DNA of 64,000 nucleotides from Neisseria sp. (GTDB lineage Bacteria; Pseudomonadota; Gammaproteobacteria; Burkholderiales; Neisseriaceae): NCBI GenBank assembly GCA_030538055.1, contig JAUNUS010000004.1, positions 25,524 to 89,523 of the forward strand, read 5' to 3'. Shown piece by piece: positions 55,817 to 64,000 of this stretch (position 1 is its first letter; each line of letters starts with the position of its first letter). The notes under the pieces were generated by a model. It saw only the letters and a program-made list of their open reading frames with translations, ran no database searches and was not told where the DNA came from. The position numbers and the translations under genes were made by a program.

Positions 55817-56053
55817 CTTTAACCTGCCAACAGCGCCGCCTGTGTTGTTTAACGCCGGCGGCATTATTTTGTCCGTTTGAAAGCCTGCAGGCAGCCTGAT
55901 ACTCAACAAACCCTGCATGTCATCAAGTTGTCAGATGCGGCAGGTATACCGTCAATCGAGGCATGGTTCTTTCCCGACACATCCGATTGCCGTTCACGCA
56001 CGGCTCATAATCGTGTTAGGTGATAAATTAATTCTAATGACTTTGAATTTGTA

Positions 56054-56068
56054 ATAGCAATTATCTAT
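56054..56068. promoter_or_regulatory. possible OxyR half-operator ATAG-N7-CTAT
   Basis: ATAGcaattatCTAT in the AT-rich promoter region about 100 nt upstream of the Prx-Grx gene. Only one dyad fits well. Confidence 0.25.
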
Positions 56069-56166
56069 ATTTAATCAATTAACTTCACCCCTTGTATTTT
56101 TCATGTATGATACGAACTATCAATTTCATGCAGTAATTTTCACCAATCTGTTCAAGGAGTTTCATC

Positions 56167-56895
56167 ATGTTTGAAAACAAAGAAGGTCAAAAAGTCCCCG
56201 CCTGTACATTCCGCACCCGTCAAGGCGACGCTTGGGTCGATGTCAGCACCGACGATCTGTTCAAAGGCAAAACCGTGGTTGTGTTCTCGCTGCCGGGCGC
56301 ATTCACCCCGACCTGCTCCTCCAGCCATCTGCCGCGTTACAACGAATTGGCCAATGTGTTCAAAAACCACGGCGTAGACGATATTTTGTGCGTTTCGGTC
56401 AATGACACCTTCGTCATGAACGCGTGGAAAGACCAGCAAGAAGCCGAAAACATCACCGTGATTCCTGACGGCAACTGCGACTTCACCCGCGGCATGGGCA
56501 TGTTGGTGTCCAAAAACGACTTGGGCTTCGGTGACCGTTCGTGGCGTTATTCCATGCTGGTTAAAGACGGCGTGGTGCAAAAAATGTTCATCGAGCCGCA
56601 AAAAGAAGGCGATCCGTTCGAAGTATCCGATGCCGACACCATGTTGAAATACATCGCTCCGGATTACCAAGAAAAACCGTCGGTGACGATTTTCACCAAA
56701 CCCGGCTGCCCGTTCTGCGCCAAAGCCAAAGCTTTGTTGAAAGAAAAAGACATGGCTTATGAAGAAATCGTTTTGGGCAAAGACGCCAGCACGGTTGCCG
56801 TGCGCGCCATCACCGGCAAAACCTCCGTACCGCAAGTCTTCATCGGCGGACAATACATCGGCGGCAGCGACGAATTGGCAGCATACTTCAAATAA
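56167..56895 (+). CDS. hybrid peroxiredoxin 5-glutaredoxin (Prx-Grx fusion)
   Basis: Peroxidatic Cys context PGAFTPTCS in the N-domain and a CPFC glutaredoxin active site in the C-domain. AAGGAG RBS. Confidence 0.9.
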   Translation: MFENKEGQKVPACTFRTRQGDAWVDVSTDDLFKGKTVVVFSLPGAFTPTCSSSHLPRYNELANVFKNHGVDDILCVSVNDTFVMNAWKDQQEAENITVIPDGNCDFTRGMGMLVSKNDLGFGDRSWRYSMLVKDGVVQKMFIEPQKEGDPFEVSDADTMLKYIAPDYQEKPSVTIFTKPGCPFCAKAKALLKEKDMAYEEIVLGKDASTVAVRAITGKTSVPQVFIGGQYIGGSDELAAYFK

Positions 56896-57073
56896 TCATC
56901 ATCAAGCCGTGCGCGTCGCATTGCTTCAGCGCACGGCCACCTGAACACACACTTCTTTACATTCGGCACCTCAGTGACCGTATCCTGAACAGCTTAAACT
57001 GTTCAGGCAGCCTGAAACATATAGGGATTCAGGCTGCCTGAACGGTTTACTCATCTTAACACAAGGAATCATC

Positions 57074-58519
57074 ATGAAAACATTACAAGCAGATGTGATC
57101 ATCATCGGCGGCGGCACGTCCGGCATGGGCGCGTTTCGTGCGGCGCGCCGTCACACCGATAGTGTGTATTTGATTGAAGACCATCACTTCGGCACCACCT
57201 GCGCACGCGTCGGCTGTATGCCGTCGAAACTGCTGATTGCCGCTGCCGAAGCGCGTCATCACGCTTTGCACACCGCACCGTTTGGCGTACACGTCGAGGG
57301 CACGGTGCGTGTGGACGGGCGTGAAGTGATGAATCGAGTCAAGGCCGAACGCGACCGTTTTGTCGGCTTTGTGGTGGAAGACGTGGACGCTTTCCCCGCC
57401 GAATGCAAAATTCTGGGGAAAGCCCGTTTTGTGGACGCGCGCACCGTAGAAGTGGACGAGCACACCCGCATCACCTTCAAACGCGCCGTGATCGCCACCG
57501 GTTCGCGCTCGATTATCCTGCCAGCATGGCAAGCTTTGGGCGACAAGCTCATCACCAACGACGACGTGTTTTCATGGGACACGCTGCCTGAAAGTGTTGC
57601 CGTATTTGGTCCGGGCGTGATCGGTCTGGAATTGGGTCAAGCCCTGCACCGCTTGGGCGTGCGCGTGTCGCTGTTTGGCATTGGCGGCGGTTTGGGCGGC
57701 ATTTCCGACCCTGTGGTCTTGGAAAAAGCCAAAGCCATTTTCGGCGCAGAATTGGATTTGCATCTGGACGCCAAAACCACGGTCGAACTGGATAACGGTC
57801 AGGTCAAAGTGTCGTTTGAAGAAAACGGACAAAGCGGCAGCGCGCATTTTGATTATATGCTCGCCGCCATCGGTCGCACCCCGAATACCGACAACATCGG
57901 CTTGGAAAACCTCGACATCGAACGCGACACGCGCGGCGTGCCGGTGGCGAACCGTCACACCATGCAAACTTCGCTGCCGCATATTTTCATCGCCGGCGAC
58001 GCATCCAACCAATTGCCCCTGCTGCACGAAGCGTCCGACCAAGGCGTGATTGCAGGCAGCAATGCCGGTGCTTACCCCGAAATCAAACGCGGTTTGCGCC
58101 GCAGCATGATCGGCGTGATTTTTTCCAATCCGCAAATCGCCAGCATCGGCGCGCGCTTTACCCAATTAGAGCAGCAATACGCCCACAAACCCGACTGTAT
58201 GCTTACGGGTGAAGTCTCGTTTCACAACCAAGGCCGTTCGCGCGTGATGCTGGTCAACCAAGGGCATCTGCGCGTGTACGCCGAGCAAGGCACGGGACGT
58301 TTTCTCGGCGCGGAAATGGTCGGCCCGGCGGCGGAACACATCGCACATTTGCTGGCATGGGCGCATCAAAACAGCATGACCGTACCGCAAATGCTGGAAA
58401 TGCCGTTTTACCACCCCGTGATTGAAGAAGGCGTGCGTACCGCCCTGCGCGACGTGAACGCCAAACTGAAAATCGCCGACACCGCGCATTGCGAATGCTG
58501 CGAATGTCCGGGGGAATAA
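57074..58519 (+). CDS. class I pyridine nucleotide-disulfide oxidoreductase (dihydrolipoyl dehydrogenase-like) with Cys-rich C-terminal tail
   Basis: FAD motif GGGTSG, redox disulfide CARVGCMPSK, dimer-interface His-Glu (FYHPVIEE), and it ends ...TAHCECCECPGE. Confidence 0.85.
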   Translation: MKTLQADVIIIGGGTSGMGAFRAARRHTDSVYLIEDHHFGTTCARVGCMPSKLLIAAAEARHHALHTAPFGVHVEGTVRVDGREVMNRVKAERDRFVGFVVEDVDAFPAECKILGKARFVDARTVEVDEHTRITFKRAVIATGSRSIILPAWQALGDKLITNDDVFSWDTLPESVAVFGPGVIGLELGQALHRLGVRVSLFGIGGGLGGISDPVVLEKAKAIFGAELDLHLDAKTTVELDNGQVKVSFEENGQSGSAHFDYMLAAIGRTPNTDNIGLENLDIERDTRGVPVANRHTMQTSLPHIFIAGDASNQLPLLHEASDQGVIAGSNAGAYPEIKRGLRRSMIGVIFSNPQIASIGARFTQLEQQYAHKPDCMLTGEVSFHNQGRSRVMLVNQGHLRVYAEQGTGRFLGAEMVGPAAEHIAHLLAWAHQNSMTVPQMLEMPFYHPVIEEGVRTALRDVNAKLKIADTAHCECCECPGE

Positions 58520-58652
58520 ATCCCACAGGCTGCCTGAAAAATATTTTGGAATCGATTGAACTTTCAGGCAGCCTCACACTCTGAAACACTATGCTTCTCT
58601 CCAAAGCATCAGCAAGTAGCAGTAAGTAAGACGTTTTCCCTGCAATGTGTTG

Positions 58653-58692
58653 GTCGTCGGTATTTCTCCCTTTATACCGACGACATTTTTTT
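58653..58692 (+). terminator. rho-independent terminator
   Basis: GTCGTCGGTAT-ttctcccttt-ATACCGACGAC followed by ATTTTTTT. Confidence 0.7.
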
Positions 58693-59058
58693 GCGCGTTT
58701 TCTTAGGTGGCGTTCACACGAGTTTTGTCTTAAGCATTCCCAACATTACTCAAACTCAAAACATCAAACCCGAAGAAACCTTTATTTCATCCGCGCCAAT
58801 CCCCTTGAAGCAGCCGTTAAAAAAGGCGTTTTTGCGGGGGAAAGGGCTTGCATGTTTGAGTAGCGGCACAGCCGACACGAGTTCAAGCCCGCCGCAAAAA
58901 TGGCTTTTTGAACGGGGAGTTTTGGCGAAGCCAAAACCTGCGCCGTGGGGTCGTCTTTCTTTGCTTACTTTCTTTGACGAAGCAAAGAAAGTAAGTTGCC
59001 CGTGCGGCAATGAAGCACAAAGCAAACAGCTTCGATAAAGCAATACAGGCAGCCTGAA
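58693..59058 (+). repeat. ~350-bp multi-hairpin intergenic repeat, copy C (boundaries approximate)
   Basis: It aligns with copy A along its length, from AAACCTTTATTTCA... to ...GCAAAGAAAGTAAGTTGCCCGTGCGGCAATGAAGCACAAAGC...ATACAGGCAGCCTGAA. Confidence 0.7.
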
Positions 59059-59125
59059 CCCTACGGACACCTTTCAGGCAGCCTCATCTAATAGTTTTTC
59101 TACAGATGTCAAACGCTCAGCTTGA

Positions 59126-61870
<2,745 letters not shown>

Positions 61871-61960
61871 GGTTGTTGAACGATTGATCAACCACAGAAA
61901 ACACCAACAAAAATACCCAACGGTTTATTCCCATGTATCGGGCAGCCTTGAAAGACGGAA

Positions 61961-62009
61961 AGGCTGCCTGAAAGAATAACAGGCTGCCTGAAACCCTTTC
62001 AGGCAGCCT
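61961..62009. repeat. cluster of three exact DUS (two direct, one inverted) after leuS
   Basis: AGGCTGCCTGAA at 61961 and 61981, and TTCAGGCAGCCT at 61998. The last two form a hairpin followed by TTTT. Confidence 0.85.
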
Positions 62010-62033
62010 TTTCACAACCTTGATGATCTTGCC

Positions 62034-62675
62034 ATGCGTCGTTTTCTTACCCTGATTACCGCATTGCTGTTACTGCTAGGCGCGGCCGTTTATGCCATGC
62101 GCTTTGCGCCCTCACCGCCGCCGCGCCCTGCGGATTTGTCCGCGCTGCCGCCGTTGGCAGTCGGCGATTGGGTGCTGCGCATGGGCACGGTGGCGGACAG
62201 CCGCATGATTCGCCATCTCGGCGGCGGCGATTATTCGCACATCGGCATGGTGGTGACGGTCACGCCGCAAGTGATGGTGATTCATGCCACCACCGACGAC
62301 GGCGCAGCGCATAACCAAGTACAGTTAAGCCCTTTATCCGAATTTTTCAGCCCCGATTTAGCGCAACAACACGCGGTATTGCGTCCGCAGTTTTTGAACG
62401 CGGCGCAAAAGCACGCCATTGCCGAACGTCTCAAAACCCGACGCGGCGAAGCGTTTGTGCTGGCGGCAAAAAACCGTCCGCATTTGTACTGCACCACTTT
62501 GCTTGCCGACGAAATCCGCCGCAGCGCGCCCGATTTTTCTCCGCGTTGGCAGACGGTCTCCGCACCTTTGTTTGACGGCGAATACCTGTTCCCGCGTGCC
62601 TTTGCCGAATATCCGCACACTCAGATCGTTTACTTGGCGGCATCGGCACAACACCGGAAAACCGGCGCCGATTAA
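62034..62675 (+). CDS. YiiX-type permuted papain-like amidase family protein with N-terminal signal/anchor
   Basis: Hydrophobic N-terminus. DYSHIGMVV (His) precedes HLYCTTLLADE (Cys). Distantly similar architecture to 52664..53470. Confidence 0.55.
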   Translation: MRRFLTLITALLLLLGAAVYAMRFAPSPPPRPADLSALPPLAVGDWVLRMGTVADSRMIRHLGGGDYSHIGMVVTVTPQVMVIHATTDDGAAHNQVQLSPLSEFFSPDLAQQHAVLRPQFLNAAQKHAIAERLKTRRGEAFVLAAKNRPHLYCTTLLADEIRRSAPDFSPRWQTVSAPLFDGEYLFPRAFAEYPHTQIVYLAASAQHRKTGAD

Positions 62676-62950
62676 ACACTTCAACGCATCAACTTTGTAC
62701 TTTACTTATATCTAAAATTTGCATCGAGCAATTATTTAAGATATATTTCATCTAACCGGCAACAAGCGTTTGATTTTCTTTACAGGCTGCCTGAAGGTAT
62801 TGATTGACCTCATGATTTACAGGCAGCATGCAACACTTGATCAAAACATCAATAAAATATGTTTGTGCGCCGCTGACACGCGATGGCTGCTTGTCACCCA
62901 CCCCACATGCCGTAGCAGCCTCCTCAATCATCATCAAATAAAGGATTCAA

Positions 62951-64000
62951 TATGAAGGACTTCGCTCATCTTGACCGACGCGACTTCTTGAAAATACTGG
63001 CGGCAGGCTGCGTATTAAGCGTGCTGCCCTCCGGCATGACCATCGCGGCGGCCACTTCCACGCAAAAAGCACGCATCGTGATTCTCGGCTGCGGTTTGGC
63101 CGGTTTGGCGGCGGCACACCGCTTGCGCCGTCAATTGCCCAATGCCGAAATCACCTTGATTGATGCCAAAAAAGAACACAACTACCAGCCCGGCTATACT
63201 TTACTGGCCACCGGCGTATGGCACGATACCGGCAAGGTCAAAGCCGATAATGCCGATTTGATCCCGAAAAACACCACTTGGCTGCAAGAAGCCGCTGCGG
63301 CGATTTATCCCGATCAAAATCGGGTCGAAACCGATGCCAACCGTTCCGTGCCGTATGATTTTCTGATTGTCGCCACCGGCTTGCGTCTGGGTTATGAAAA
63401 AATCGAAGGTCTGGACACCGCCGCTTTCGGTCAAAAAGGCGTAGGCAGCGTGTACCACAGCCCCGAAGTCGCGCTGGCGACATGGCAGGCCATGGACGCT
63501 TACCGCAAACAAGGCGGACGCGCAGTGATGACGCTCGCGCCGACCGATATGAAATGTGCGGGCGCACCGTTGAAAATGACGTTTATGCTTGCCGACCGCT
63601 TACGTGAAGCAGGCATGCAGAAAAACGCCGGTATTGATTTTTTCGCGGCGAAAACGGCTATTTTCAGTGTGCCGGTCGTCGCGAAAAACGTACTGGATCG
63701 TTGGGAACAGCTGGAAATTGCCCCCAAAGTGCATTACAACCGCATCTTAAACGGGGTCGATATGGAAGCGAAAGTCGCTCACTTCACCGATGAAAACGGC
63801 AACGCTTCCCGTGAAGATTACGATTTTATCCACGTCGTGCCGCCGATGTTCTCGCCGGCACCAATTTTCGACAATCCCGCCTTACGCAACGACAACGGTT
63901 GGCTGGCGGTGAATAAAGAAACCCTGCAACACACCCGTTACCCCAACATTTTCGGTCTGGGCGACATCAACGGCACGCCGCGCGGTAAAACCGCCGCCAC
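62951..64000 (+). CDS. Tat-signal FAD-dependent oxidoreductase, sulfide:quinone oxidoreductase-like; 3' end cut by window edge
   Basis: Absent from the track because the frame stays open to the window end (350 codons). My translation: MKDFAHLDRRDFLKILAAG... (Tat motif), Rossmann ILGCGLAG, and MKCAGAPLK resembling the type II SQR active-site Cys context. AAGGAT RBS. Confidence 0.7.

Overview
This 64-kb window is a chromosomal segment from a member of the Neisseriaceae (beta-proteobacteria). The 12-mer AGGCTGCCTGAA (reverse complement TTCAGGCAGCCT), a dialect of the neisserial DNA uptake sequence (DUS), occurs about once per kb. I counted about 55 exact copies by eye, many arranged as inverted pairs that look like terminators.

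Most of the roughly 60 genes are housekeeping:
- relA (truncated at the window edge and absent from the ORF track), aspS, hpf, ccoI
- a yhiI-rbbA-yhhJ-type ABC exporter, dapC, recD, tRNA-Met(CAT), trpB, metZ
- ccoS, lplT-like, trmB, pnp, mltD, fxsA, ccoNOQP, an M61 peptidase
- dtd, yggS, pilT/pilU, amiC, tsaE, rsmD, ruvC, scpA, tcdA
- a Prx-Grx hybrid plus a flavoprotein disulfide reductase, leuS, and a Tat-signal SQR-like flavoprotein (truncated at the window end)

Observations worth follow-up:
1. A compact, kinase-less four-gene operon at 2923-5292 encodes Roadblock/LC7, an unknown 334-aa protein, an MglA/CvnD-like small GTPase, and a second Roadblock/LC7. It sits behind a 540-bp AT-rich leader, and an orphan Roadblock paralog lies at 33387-33752. 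This is my best candidate for an undescribed system.
2. An AT-rich islet at about 24.9-28.4 kb carries a protein with plant-specific-type 24-residue LRRs and an LRRNT_2-like cap.
3. CcoP ends in an OmpA-C-like domain. Neisseria CcoP carries a third haem domain at this position.
4. There are two families of structured repeats. One is a ~165-bp MITE whose termini embed the DUS. Two inverted copies bracket a YiiX-like lipoprotein gene, and one of them supplies the last 27 codons of scpA. The other is a ~350-bp multi-hairpin element (three copies plus a fragment) whose apical hairpin differs in sequence between copies but still folds.
5. A Cys-rich tail (HCECCECPGE) ends the Lpd-like reductase next to Prx-Grx.

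I saw no rRNA, CRISPR array, transposase, integrase or prophage genes. All family assignments come from motif recognition by eye, and no searches were run.
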